Shown: positions 37,501 to 47,173 of the stretch, in pieces
Numbering within the stretch: the stretch's first letter is position 1
Layout of the letters: every line of letters starts with the position of its first letter
IMG/VR virus record: IMGVR_UViG_2926068284_000002
Coordinates: 1-64,000 of that record
Length of the DNA stretch: 64,000 nucleotides
From: a virus
Taxonomy: Duplodnaviria > Caudoviricetes
Strand: one strand, 5' to 3'
Program-made: the position numbers and the translations under genes
Notes under the pieces: generated by a model
The model's database searches: none
Seen by the model: only the letters and a program-made list of their open reading frames with translations
Told to the model about the DNA's origin: nothing

Positions 37501-38033
37501 CCGACACCCCGATGACCCCGGACCGTGACCCGTCTCGCCGTGAGGAGCTGTTGTTCATGCTGCTCCACGGCGGGGCCCGCGACGCGGCCATCGCCCAGCG
37601 GGTCGTTGACCTTGCACTGGCCGAGGCGCGCGCCGAGCAGAAGGCCGAGGCCGACCGGCTGCGGAAGGCCCTGTCCGACGCGGCCGACCAGGTGGCCGAG
37701 CTTGAAAGCGACCTGGGTGGGGCGACCGCCCATGTCGCGAGCCTGAAGGCATCCGTCTGCCGCTGCTTCGATCCGTCCCACCACAACCCGGACTGCGAGC
37801 GGGCCGTGGTCGTCTGGAACGGCGTCAAGTACAACGCTGCCGCCTGGTACCGCGACACCGAAGGCGAGTGGTGGATGACCTACGCCATCGACGACCAGGG
37901 GCAGCCGCTGATGCGGGTCTGGAACGACCCGAGCAACGAGCCGGTGCCCGCCAGCGAAGTCGAGTCGGACTACGGGCCGCTGTACCGATCCGACGACGGG
38001 CCGGACGAACTGCGGCAGCCCGAGGGCTTCTGA
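37497..38033 (+). CDS. Coiled-coil protein with a phiSA1p31-like domain
   Basis: YRDTEGEWW...GQPLM...YGPL. Confidence 0.6.
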   Translation: MTDTPMTPDRDPSRREELLFMLLHGGARDAAIAQRVVDLALAEARAEQKAEADRLRKALSDAADQVAELESDLGGATAHVASLKASVCRCFDPSHHNPDCERAVVVWNGVKYNAAAWYRDTEGEWWMTYAIDDQGQPLMRVWNDPSNEPVPASEVESDYGPLYRSDDGPDELRQPEGF

Positions 38034-38520
38034 TGACCCCGCCGCCGGCTCCGGCCCCGTTGCCGCCGTGGGAGGACACCGCACGCGAAGTGGCCCGCCG
38101 TGACCGCGAATGGTTCGAGCGGGACTATGACAACGACAACGAGGACTGACCATGAACGGGTACCCGTACCTGCCCGCCGAGTGCCGCAACAGCCGCTGCG
38201 ACCACGAACCCAACCGGTGTGTCCGCTACCGGTCCCGGCGTTGCCTGTCTGGTGAGTGCACCCACGCCCGGAACAACCAGATCTGCGCCGTCAACTACAC
38301 CACCGTCACGAAGGCCGCCTGATGGCCACCCCGACACCGAACGGGTGCCGTCACGACGGCATCGACCAGCGCACCCACGCCCGCCAGTGGACCCAGGACG
38401 CCGGATGGCATGCCTGGGAGCAGCCCACCCAGGAGCAGATCAAGGACCGGATGCGCGCTCGGCGGGCAGCCCGCACGGAACGCATCCGGCACACCGGACC
38501 CGACAACGAGGAGTAGACCG

Positions 38521-38820
38521 ATGAGCATCCGACTCGCAGACCTCAACATCAGGTGGACCGGCACCGACGACACCACCCCCGACGGGCACGTCCTCGCTCT
38601 CGGCACCGGCAGTGCCGGGCTCCTCCGGCTCTGCCTGTACGCCGGGGTGTCCCCGGCCGACGACCAGTTCCGGGGCTCGCTCCTGCTCCCGCCGGACGGC
38701 CACCAGCAGACGTTCCTGCCGGCCCGAACGACCGCCTACGGGCCGGGCGGCGCATGGGTCACCAGCAGCGGCGACCAGACCAGCATGCTTGCCCGACTCG
38801 CCAACCTCGACCAGGAGTAG
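38521..38820 (+). CDS. Hypothetical protein
   Basis: AGGAG RBS. Confidence 0.6.
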   Translation: MSIRLADLNIRWTGTDDTTPDGHVLALGTGSAGLLRLCLYAGVSPADDQFRGSLLLPPDGHQQTFLPARTTAYGPGGAWVTSSGDQTSMLARLANLDQE

Positions 38821-38824
38821 ACCG

Positions 38825-39037
38825 ATGGTCACCAGGAAGCCCCGGAAGCCGTGGCGGGTCATTGTCACCGGCCCGGACGCGAACGCCACCTCCGACCACA
38901 CCAGCGAAGCCAACGCCTACACCCTGGTACGTGCCGCGCTCGGAGGTGACAGCCCCGCCGAGCAGGCCCGTGTCGAGTACTGGGAGAGAGGCGAGTGGCG
39001 GTGGTTCGAGACCGTCACCGCCGACGAAATCCCCTGA
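38825..39037 (+). CDS. Hypothetical protein
   Basis: AGGAG RBS. Confidence 0.6.
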   Translation: MVTRKPRKPWRVIVTGPDANATSDHTSEANAYTLVRAALGGDSPAEQARVEYWERGEWRWFETVTADEIP

Positions 39038-39092
39038 CCGCCCCTGGGCTGCTGTGTACGGCACGGCAGCCCACAACCCGAAGGAGAACACC

Positions 39093-39491
39093 ATGCCGTA
39101 CCCGCAGTACCTCACCGCCGAAGAGAAGCTCGCCCAGGCCAAGCAAGGCCTCGACCTGCCCCGCATCGTCGTCATCTGCGGCAGCACCCGGTTCATGGCC
39201 GACATGCACGAGGCGAACCTCCAGGAGACCGCCGCCGGCCGTATCGTCGTCGCGCCGGGCTGCAACATGAAGGAGCCCCACGCCCTGTGGGGCACCCCCG
39301 AGCAGGCCGAGCCGCTCAAGGCCCGCCTCGACGCCCTGCACCGGGCGAAGATCCGGTTGGCGGACGAGGTCCTGGTGGTGGGGGACTACATCGGCGACAG
39401 CACCCGCGCGGAGATCCGGTACGCCGCGTCGCTGGGTATGTCGATCCGCTACACCCACCCCGAGGTCAACCCCCTGCTGAAGGAGAGCTGA
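39093..39491 (+). CDS. Nucleoside 2-deoxyribosyltransferase-like (NDT/DUF4406-type) protein
   Basis: VICGSTRF, KIRLADEVLVV..YIGDSTRAEI..A..LG motifs. Confidence 0.6.
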   Translation: MPYPQYLTAEEKLAQAKQGLDLPRIVVICGSTRFMADMHEANLQETAAGRIVVAPGCNMKEPHALWGTPEQAEPLKARLDALHRAKIRLADEVLVVGDYIGDSTRAEIRYAASLGMSIRYTHPEVNPLLKES

Positions 39492-39493
39492 CA

Positions 39494-39820
39494 ATGCCCG
39501 AATCCCCCTTGGATGCGGCGGTGGCGTACTTCGAGAACCAGTACGTGAACCAGTTCTACGGCCACGAGGTCGCCGCCCGGCTGCGTGCACTCGCCGCCGA
39601 GGAGCCCGTACCTGCCGACCGGGCCGCGACCCTCACCGAGGAGAACACCCGCCTCCGCGGCACCCTGGACCGAGTACGCGCCCTGCAGGACGAACTGGGG
39701 CAGTACGACGAGTTCGCCTCCCCTGAGGACGAAATCACGCGCGGTGTAGCCGCCGAGAGGATCGCTCACGCACTGGACGGCCTCGCCGCCGACAACACAA
39801 CCCAGGAGCCCCCGCGATGA
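39494..39820 (+). CDS. Hypothetical protein
   Basis: AAGGAG RBS; PADRAA linker. Confidence 0.55.
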   Translation: MPESPLDAAVAYFENQYVNQFYGHEVAARLRALAAEEPVPADRAATLTEENTRLRGTLDRVRALQDELGQYDEFASPEDEITRGVAAERIAHALDGLAADNTTQEPPR

Positions 39821-40074
39821 TCCAGCCCGGACAGACCTACCGCAGCCTCAGCAACCGTCACCACCCGTCAGATGGGCCCACCCGCATCCGGATCACCAAC
39901 GCCCCGATCGGCGCCACCGACATCGACGGCATGCGGAAGGTCTATGTCGCAACCGTCACCCGCGACGGGCGCGAGATCCGCCCCCGCTGGATGCGAGCCG
40001 ACAAGCTCCACACCACACCCACCACCCGCGACGGGGCAGCCCGCCGCACCGGATACGTCCTGGAGAACACGTGA
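39817..40074 (+). CDS. Hypothetical protein
   Basis: ATGA overlap; IQPGQTYR...RRTGYVL. Confidence 0.6.
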   Translation: MIQPGQTYRSLSNRHHPSDGPTRIRITNAPIGATDIDGMRKVYVATVTRDGREIRPRWMRADKLHTTPTTRDGAARRTGYVLENT

Positions 40075-40292
40075 CGGCCAGCTACCCGCGCATCAACCTG
40101 CCCCGAGACCAGGTCCTCGCCCTACTCGCCGAGCACCGGGACCCCGACGCCGACCACCGAATCCACCTCCGCCCCGACGGCGGATGGGTCATCGTCACCG
40201 CCACCCACGTTCTCCCCGACGGCACGGTCGACCAAGCGGCAAGCACCGACGACACCCTCGCCATGCACAACGAAGACCTCCAGCAGATGTAA
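40071..40292 (+). CDS. Hypothetical protein
   Basis: GTGA overlap. Confidence 0.5.
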   Translation: MTASYPRINLPRDQVLALLAEHRDPDADHRIHLRPDGGWVIVTATHVLPDGTVDQAASTDDTLAMHNEDLQQM

Positions 40293-40396
40293 CCACCCCC
40301 AACCTGGGCCCGCCCTGAACCATCTGGCGGGCCCGAGGCGTTGTGCGGGCGCGGCCAGCGGGAACACTCCAAGCAGGTCAACGAACGGAGAACCCC

Positions 40397-40561
40397 ATGG
40401 CCAGACAACGCGGCAAGGTCCGATCCCAAGCCCAATGGCGCTGGGCCTTCGCCACCCGGCAGCGCTTCGCACACCGCTGGGCCCGAGCCCGGAAACGCAG
40501 CCACGGCAAGGCCACCGGCTACCGCACACTCCCCGCCCGCAAGGGCATCCGCCGCCGCTAA
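40397..40561 (+). CDS. Small highly basic protein
   Basis: GGAG RBS; MARQRGKVRSQAQWRWAFA. Confidence 0.55.
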   Translation: MARQRGKVRSQAQWRWAFATRQRFAHRWARARKRSHGKATGYRTLPARKGIRRR

Positions 40562-42258
40562 GCCGCCACCTCAGGCCGCGAGCCCCCGCCCACCGGCTCC
40601 TCCTCGTCCTCGTCCGGCTCCTCCGACTGGCCCTCGTCGTACCCGGGCTCCACATCGTCGTCCGGCTGCTCCTCGTCCGGGCCCTCGGTGCGCGCGCTGA
40701 ACGGATCCCCGGCCGGCGTCTCCTGCGTCTTGTCGTCCCTGATCCGCCGCACCTCCGTCAACACCTCCGCGTCATCCCAGGCCGGCTCCCGCATCTTCAC
40801 CTTCATGAACGTCGAGATCGCCCCCGCCGCGTCCAGCAGCGACAAGGTGCGCGCCGTTGCCTCCGGGTCCGGCTGCACCGCCTGAGGCCACGACGCGGTC
40901 AACTCCACCGCCGGGTCCACACCCTTCGCCCCGCAGTGCCTCACGTCGACCTGCATCAGCGTCGTCAGGTGCTCCAGCAGCGCCGGCCGCTGATACAAGA
41001 CCTTCAAGCCGCGGGTCGTCAGCGACTCCTCCTTGCGGGCCGCGACCTCCGTCGCCGTCACCGCCACCGACCCCTCCTCCCCATACGACTGCGCCGAGTA
41101 GCCGGCCGACGCCAAGATCTGCCGGCGCAACGCCTTCGTCGTCCGCTCATGCTCCTCGACCCGGATCTTGAACTGGACCTCGGTAATCGAGTCCTTCATC
41201 GTCTCCGCACCCAGCAGCCCCGTGAGGGCCACGATCAGCTCCCTGTCAAAGTCGAAGCTGGCACCCGACCCAGGGCCGTCCGTGTCGAGCATTGACTGCG
41301 GCACCACAACCTTCGCCTTGCCCAGCCTCAGGTCCCGCATCCAGGACGTCCAGCTCTCATCGAGCGCGTCCATCATCGGCTCGATGCCCGCATAGTCGGA
41401 GCGCCCGAGCGGGGCGGTGTCCGGCACCCCGTCCCAGATTCTGTTGGGCAGCACGTTCGGCATGTGCGTGATCAGCAGCCGGTCGATGCCCGTCGCCTGC
41501 CGGCCGTGGGGGTCGGTGCGCTGCACGAGGAACTCGGTCTCATGATGGTCGGCGAACGACATCAGCATGCCGAGAGTGGTGGCATCGCCCCTGTACACCC
41601 CGTACTCGATCAGCCCCGGGGTGTGGTACTCCAGCAGCCGCCACACACCCTCGCCGTCATCCAGTGGCTCCAGCTCCCGCCACACCGTCGCCGCGGCGAG
41701 CATGCCCCACCGCCACTCCGGGACCACAGCGGTCGCCTGAATTACGTCCGACCACGGGCGAGGGCGCAACGTCTTGTCCCACACCACTCGCAGGTACACG
41801 TTCGACAAGCCGGCGGCCAGCTCGGCGGCCTCCCGCATCTTCGCGTGACCCCGGTCGTCGAGGTACCGGCCGATCTGCGCCTGCGTCGACACGGCCGTCG
41901 CCCTGTCCGTCGAGTCCAAGTCGACAGTCACCTGCGGCACCTCGGCCCACAGCAAGTTCGCGGACATCTCCGCAATGTCCCCGCCGATCGGCACATGCAG
42001 CTTTGCCGCCTGCTGGCCTGGTGACGGGTCCTGCCCCCAGAACATCCGCAACTCATCACCGCCCACCGCACGGCGCCGGTCCACGTCGAAGTACGCGCGC
42101 GCCATCCCGTTCCGGGTGTAGGCGGCCGTGCCCCCGTACACCTGCGCCAGATGCCCGGTGTCGCCGGCGTACCAGGCCCGCCACATGTCCATGTCGGCAT
42201 GCGGAATCTCCAGGCGAGGGGGCGGCCACGGGGTGTTCCCAGACGGAGGCAGCGGCAT
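40558..42258 (-). CDS. Phage portal protein (SPP1 Gp6/A118-like)
   Basis: LGRSDYAG...DALDESWTSWMRDLRLGK, TATEV, acidic tail; follows terL. Confidence 0.85.
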   Translation of the reverse strand: MPLPPSGNTPWPPPRLEIPHADMDMWRAWYAGDTGHLAQVYGGTAAYTRNGMARAYFDVDRRRAVGGDELRMFWGQDPSPGQQAAKLHVPIGGDIAEMSANLLWAEVPQVTVDLDSTDRATAVSTQAQIGRYLDDRGHAKMREAAELAAGLSNVYLRVVWDKTLRPRPWSDVIQATAVVPEWRWGMLAAATVWRELEPLDDGEGVWRLLEYHTPGLIEYGVYRGDATTLGMLMSFADHHETEFLVQRTDPHGRQATGIDRLLITHMPNVLPNRIWDGVPDTAPLGRSDYAGIEPMMDALDESWTSWMRDLRLGKAKVVVPQSMLDTDGPGSGASFDFDRELIVALTGLLGAETMKDSITEVQFKIRVEEHERTTKALRRQILASAGYSAQSYGEEGSVAVTATEVAARKEESLTTRGLKVLYQRPALLEHLTTLMQVDVRHCGAKGVDPAVELTASWPQAVQPDPEATARTLSLLDAAGAISTFMKVKMREPAWDDAEVLTEVRRIRDDKTQETPAGDPFSARTEGPDEEQPDDDVEPGYDEGQSEEPDEDEEEPVGGGSRPEVAA

Positions 42259-42273
42259 GACAGATCCTTTCGA

Positions 42274-43521
42274 TCAGGCGGCCAGGGCGAGCTGGCGCTG
42301 CCACAGGGCACGAGTAGTGAAGATCGCGTAGCGGAGGGCGTCGACACCATGGTCGGCAACCTTGATGGGCTTGTCCTCACCCTTCTCAGCAGCCTTGTCA
42401 TCCCAGGCGTAGCCCGGCATCTCGCCGATCAGCGCCTTGCAGGAGGAGTGGACGACGAGCTTGCCCGCAGAGAGAAGACTCGACATGGTGCGTATGCCAT
42501 CCAGCACGGCGTTGTTCGCCGGCGTCGGGGTGAGCCTGTCGCGCCGCAACTGGGCAGAGAACGAAGCCGCCGAAGGGTCCACCGTCACGAACTGAGGCCG
42601 GACCGGGCCTATGCCAGCGACGTTCGACAGCCAACCCCGCATGCGCTCCGAATACTCAATATCCGTGAGCTGGCGCCGCTGCTGGCGGCCGTCGTACCGC
42701 CACTCGGAAGCCGCGTACAGCCGGCGGTCCCGTCCTAGGCCGAGGAGGGTGGCGTGGAACGGGTTGGTCTGGCCATAGTCCACGCCAACGCTGATCCACT
42801 TGGCGATCTCGGGCAGCGTGTCGACGACGTGCTTCTCCTCATCCCACATGTCGAAGATCGAACCTTCGGCAGCAATCCACTCCCCGAGGACGAAGCGGCG
42901 GTACCAGAGGCCCACGAACTCGTTTTTGATCGAGTTCTTGTAGTCGTCGCCCAGAGACGGGTTGTCGTCGAGCACGTAGTGCCAGTACCGGATGCCTAGT
43001 TCGTCACGGCGGTCGATGAAGTCCCGCTTTAGCCAATGGGCCGGCGACCCGGGATTGGTGGAGGCAAAGAGCTTCGCCCCGGGCACGCTCATGCGGCCCA
43101 GCAACTGTGTCCAGAACTCTTGCGGTACGAGCGTCGCCTCGTCGACGAGGGCGCCTGCGCAGGTCATGCCTCGCAGGCGCTCCTCCGCTCTGCTGTCATT
43201 CGCGCCGATGACCCGGACCTGCCGACCCAGGATGGTCGCGGTCGGCGCACCCCGCGTGTAGTGCACGTGCTGCGCCAGCGGGCCGAAGAGGTTCGGGTCC
43301 TGGAGAGGGATGAAGACGTTCGACGCCGCGGTGTTGGTGGTCTTCGCGATGACCGCGAGCTCCCCACCGGAGGGTGCCGTGGCCACGTACATGATCCACC
43401 GCAGCAGCGTGGAGATAGTTTTGCCAGCACGGATTGACCCGGAAGCGATGTTGATTCGTGCGTTGCTGTTCGCGACGAAGTCCAACTGCTTCCGGGACAT
43501 CCCAAGCTCGGCTGCTTTCAC
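42274..43521 (-). CDS. terL: Terminase large subunit (PBSX type)
   Basis: GSIRAGKT, ALVDEAT, STNPG, GVDYGQTNP, DPSA, DHGVDALRYA. Confidence 0.93.
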   Translation of the reverse strand: MKAAELGMSRKQLDFVANSNARINIASGSIRAGKTISTLLRWIMYVATAPSGGELAVIAKTTNTAASNVFIPLQDPNLFGPLAQHVHYTRGAPTATILGRQVRVIGANDSRAEERLRGMTCAGALVDEATLVPQEFWTQLLGRMSVPGAKLFASTNPGSPAHWLKRDFIDRRDELGIRYWHYVLDDNPSLGDDYKNSIKNEFVGLWYRRFVLGEWIAAEGSIFDMWDEEKHVVDTLPEIAKWISVGVDYGQTNPFHATLLGLGRDRRLYAASEWRYDGRQQRRQLTDIEYSERMRGWLSNVAGIGPVRPQFVTVDPSAASFSAQLRRDRLTPTPANNAVLDGIRTMSSLLSAGKLVVHSSCKALIGEMPGYAWDDKAAEKGEDKPIKVADHGVDALRYAIFTTRALWQRQLALAA

Positions 43522-44063
43522 GTGGCGGACTCGCTGCTGCCGCCGGTGTCGTCGTTGACCAGGGCGCTGATGCCCTGTGCGAGCTTCCCGAGCATCGACT
43601 TGGCCTCGTCGGCGCCGCCGGTGGCCTGCTCCGGGGGTGCGAGCTTGAGGCTGCGGTCGATGGCGGCGCCGGCGGCCATGATGAGGATGCGCCGCTCGGC
43701 GTGGGGGGCTTCGGGGAAGGTCTCGGAGTTGAAGCTGTTCTCCTTGCCGCCGAAGGCGTACACGGTGGTCGGCTCGTGGATCTTCTGGAGCGACTCCTCG
43801 GCAATGTCGGTCAGCTTCTCGGCGAGGAGGGATCGGCGTTCGGCGAGGTCGGCGACGCGCGCCACTGTCGCTGCCTGGATGGCGGACCGGTCGAAGGTGA
43901 GGCCGAGGTGTTCTGCGGTGCGGGATACGCAGCCCGTGGCTATGCCCATCTCGCGGGCGATGACGTTGCGGCCCTTCCCTTCGGCGTGGAGTTCGCGGAG
44001 TTGGTCCCACCGGTCGCGTGCCATCGTCCCTCGGGGCTTCGGGGCCTCCTGCTTGTTGGCCAT
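43518..44063 (-). CDS. terS: Terminase small subunit (HTH)
   Basis: N-terminal HTH, coupled directly upstream of terL. Confidence 0.75.
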   Translation of the reverse strand: MANKQEAPKPRGTMARDRWDQLRELHAEGKGRNVIAREMGIATGCVSRTAEHLGLTFDRSAIQAATVARVADLAERRSLLAEKLTDIAEESLQKIHEPTTVYAFGGKENSFNSETFPEAPHAERRILIMAAGAAIDRSLKLAPPEQATGGADEAKSMLGKLAQGISALVNDDTGGSSESAT

Positions 44064-44932
44064 CAGGCCCTCCTATCGGTTTGTGCGGCCCGGCGTAGCA
44101 GGGTGGGTAGTGGTGTGCCGTCGACGGGCCAGGTGGGGGAGTAGGGGATGGTCCAGCACCGGCAGTGCGGGTGCAGCGGGGGACCTGTGGGGGCGGTGGC
44201 GAACACGGTGCGCCGCGGGTCGAGGCTGAGGGCGGCGGGGAACCGTTGGCCGGCGGTGACGCTGCGCCCGGCGTAGGCGGCGCAGGCGGGGCAGGCTCCG
44301 GGTTCGGCGACCCAGAGGAGCCGGGTGGTGGGCCCGATAGCGCGGGCGACTGCTGTGGCGGCGTGTGCGGCAGCACTGGTGACGGCGACTGCGGCGTGGC
44401 GGGCGATGCGGGTGACGGCGTGCCGGGCCCGGTTGAACACCCCTGTGACGCCTGCGAATCCGAGGGCGGTGACGCTGGCCGCCGTGAGGAGCGCCAGGGC
44501 CCGCTGGTGCTCGTCTTCGACTGCTGCGGGTACGGCGTCGGCCGTGGTGGCGGCTTCCGATCCGATGGTGGGTCGTACCGGCGGGGTGGGGGTGCCGCTC
44601 ATGGTGGCGGCGAGCGCGGAGGCTTGCCGGGCGCTGAGCTGGGCGGAGTTGAACGCGGCGATACGGATGGTGTCTGTGGCCAGCTTGCCTTTGCCTCGGA
44701 ACGCGTCGGCGAGCGCCTGCTTGATGGCCGTGATGAGCCGGTCCAGGGCGCTGGGCGAGGGGAGTGCCTGCCGGTCGGTGGCGTGGAGCCATTGCCGTGT
44801 GGCGGTCTTCTGTGCGTCGGCGAGTGCGCGGGCGAGGGGGGCTGCGGCGTCGTGGGCGGCCTGTTGCTCGATGCGGCGTAGTGCGGCTGGGAGTTGCCGC
44901 GCGGTGTCGGCTATGCGGTTGCTGCTGACCAT
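44063..44932 (-). CDS. MuF-like minor head morphogenesis protein
   Basis: ACPACAAYAG...PPLHPHCRC. Confidence 0.8.
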   Translation of the reverse strand: MVSSNRIADTARQLPAALRRIEQQAAHDAAAPLARALADAQKTATRQWLHATDRQALPSPSALDRLITAIKQALADAFRGKGKLATDTIRIAAFNSAQLSARQASALAATMSGTPTPPVRPTIGSEAATTADAVPAAVEDEHQRALALLTAASVTALGFAGVTGVFNRARHAVTRIARHAAVAVTSAAAHAATAVARAIGPTTRLLWVAEPGACPACAAYAGRSVTAGQRFPAALSLDPRRTVFATAPTGPPLHPHCRCWTIPYSPTWPVDGTPLPTLLRRAAQTDRRA

Positions 44933-45087
44933 CCCCCACCACCCCTTGATCCTTGGAATCTAAGGACATCTTGCGCTATGACCTTTGATTGTGCAGCATT
45001 GTGGTGGGTTCAGGGTTAACATCTGGGCTAACACGCCAGCGGACAAGGCGCCGCCAACGCGTGCAGGCCGCCCAAGGAGGCACCGAG
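44933..45087. promoter_or_regulatory. AT-rich divergent late promoter region
   Basis: 155-bp AT-enriched gap between the divergent packaging and capsid operons. Confidence 0.55.
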
Positions 45088-45888
45088 ATGACGACCCCCG
45101 CCCCCGCAGCACCCGAGGGAACCACGGCAGACCCCGGCACCCAGTCGGCCACCCCGCCCAACCCCCCGGCCGCACCAGCCGCACCGGCCCAGCCAGAGCC
45201 GGCCGCACCCACCACCCCCTCCGGGCCGGTCACCGAACCGAAGCCCAGCGAACCCAAGGCCAAGGCGCCCAAGTTCGAAGGCGACTTCGACCCCGCCCGG
45301 TTCGAAAAGCTCGTCGAGAACCTCCGCGGCGACGTCGCAGCCGAGAAGGCCAAGCGCGAAGCCCTGGAACAGAAGGCCAAGGACGACCAAGACACCCTCA
45401 TGAAGCGGGTGGCCAAGGCGTTCGGCCTGGAGACCGACGAGGCCAAGCCGCCCACCCCCGAAGAGCTCGCCCAGCAGCTGGAAGAGGCGCAGACCCGGAC
45501 CAAGGCGTCCGACGATCGCGCCCGCCAGCGAGAGGTCGAACTCGCCGTCTACAAGACGGCGTCGAGGCACGGCGGCGACCCCGACGCACTGCTCGACTCA
45601 CGCAACTTCGCCAACGCCATCTCGAAGCTCGACCCGACCGCGGCCGACTTCGACGACCAGGTCGGCAAGGCAGTGAAGACGGCAGTCGACAGCAACTCCA
45701 AGCTCGCGGCCAAGGCGCCGCAGCCCAAGGAGCCGGAGCCCACCCCCGCAGGTGGTGCACCGATGGACGGGGCCGGTGGGAGCAAGAAGCAGCTGGGCGA
45801 GGCGGATCTATCTCGCATGACTCCCAAGCAGATCAACCAGGCCATGGCCGAAGGGCGGTTCGACCGCTACCTGGGCAGGGCCGGATAA
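45088..45888 (+). CDS. Capsid scaffolding protein
   Basis: AAGGAGG RBS; Pro-rich N-terminus, coiled coil; precedes the capsid gene. Confidence 0.8.
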   Translation: MTTPAPAAPEGTTADPGTQSATPPNPPAAPAAPAQPEPAAPTTPSGPVTEPKPSEPKAKAPKFEGDFDPARFEKLVENLRGDVAAEKAKREALEQKAKDDQDTLMKRVAKAFGLETDEAKPPTPEELAQQLEEAQTRTKASDDRARQREVELAVYKTASRHGGDPDALLDSRNFANAISKLDPTAADFDDQVGKAVKTAVDSNSKLAAKAPQPKEPEPTPAGGAPMDGAGGSKKQLGEADLSRMTPKQINQAMAEGRFDRYLGRAG

Positions 45889-45897
45889 GGACCCACC

Positions 45898-46758
45898 ATG
45901 TCGGTCGCGCTGTTCAAGCCCCAGATCTGGTCCGCCCAGATCCTGGCCGGTCTGGACGAGGCACTCGTCTACGCGCAGCCCCAGATCGTCAACCGCGACT
46001 ACGAGGGTGAGATCACCTCGCAGGGCCAGTCGGTGCGGATCGTCACCATCGGCGACCCGTCGATCTTCCCCTACAAGTCCGGCGACACGATCAACTACGA
46101 GGACATCGACACCGCCGGGCTGGACCTGCCCATCGACCAGGGCGACGCGTTCGCGTTCAAGCTCGACGACGTCGACAAGGCGCAGGTCGCCCTCAACCCG
46201 ATGGCGAAGACCACCCAGCGCGCGGCCAGGAAGCTCGCCGCCCAGGCCGACCGGTACGTCGCCTCCCTGTACACCGGGGTCGCCCCGTCCAACGTCGTCG
46301 GCTCTTCCGGCTCCCCGGTCAACATCGTGTCCAACCCCAAGGACGCCTGGGACAAGGTCCTGATCCCGCTCCGCACCAAGCTGAACAGGGCCAACGTCCC
46401 CGGCATGGACCGGTACGTCGTCGTCAGCCCGGAGTTCACCGGGGCGCTCCTCCAGGACGACCGGTTTGTCCGCGTCGACGCCTCCGGCAGCGAACAGGGC
46501 CTCCGCAACGGCATCGTCGGCCGCGCCGCCGGCTTCGACGTCCTGGAGTCCAACGTCACCCCGAACCCGTCGTCGGACACCCAGGTCATCCAGGCCGGCT
46601 ACCCCGGTGCCCTCACCTTCGTGGACCAGATCCTGGAGACCGAGGCGCTGCGACTGGAGTCGACGATCGCCGACGCCGTCCGTGGCCTTCACGTGTACGG
46701 CGCGAAGCTGATCCGTCCCGAGGGCATCGCCGTCGCCTACGTCGACCCGTCCGCCTGA
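45898..46758 (+). CDS. Major capsid protein (P22 coat-like/HK97 fold)
   Basis: FKPQIWSA, NRDYEGEI..G.SVRI, DAVRGLHVYGAK. Confidence 0.9.
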   Translation: MSVALFKPQIWSAQILAGLDEALVYAQPQIVNRDYEGEITSQGQSVRIVTIGDPSIFPYKSGDTINYEDIDTAGLDLPIDQGDAFAFKLDDVDKAQVALNPMAKTTQRAARKLAAQADRYVASLYTGVAPSNVVGSSGSPVNIVSNPKDAWDKVLIPLRTKLNRANVPGMDRYVVVSPEFTGALLQDDRFVRVDASGSEQGLRNGIVGRAAGFDVLESNVTPNPSSDTQVIQAGYPGALTFVDQILETEALRLESTIADAVRGLHVYGAKLIRPEGIAVAYVDPSA

Positions 46759-46798
46759 TCCCTCCCACCACCTCGTCGGCGTTCTCTCTGGAGGAATC

Positions 46799-47173
46799 AT
46801 GCCGCGCACTGCTCTCACCCCGACCAACCTCGGCGTCACCGACGTCGCCGACCCGACCGGCACCACGATCGACTCGACGCTCGTGACGAACGGCGTCGTC
46901 ATCAACACCGCCGACCCGTCCCGCACCGTGCTCCGCGTCGCGAACTCGGCCGGCTCCGCGAAGAAGGTCACCGTCCGCGCCGGCGGCAAGGACGGCCCGG
47001 CCTGGATGCGCACCCAGGGCGACACCGAGGTGTCCGTCGGCGCCTCCGGCACCCGGTGGATCGGCCCGTTCTCCGAGGCCCGCTACCTCCAGCACGGCGG
47101 GAAGCTCCACGTCGACTTCGAGTCCGGGTTCACCGGTACCGTCACCGCGTTCAAGCTCGCCCGGAGCCTGTGA
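46799..47173 (+). CDS. Virion structural protein (head accessory)
   Basis: Beta-rich ORF after the capsid gene. Confidence 0.6.
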   Translation: MPRTALTPTNLGVTDVADPTGTTIDSTLVTNGVVINTADPSRTVLRVANSAGSAKKVTVRAGGKDGPAWMRTQGDTEVSVGASGTRWIGPFSEARYLQHGGKLHVDFESGFTGTVTAFKLARSL

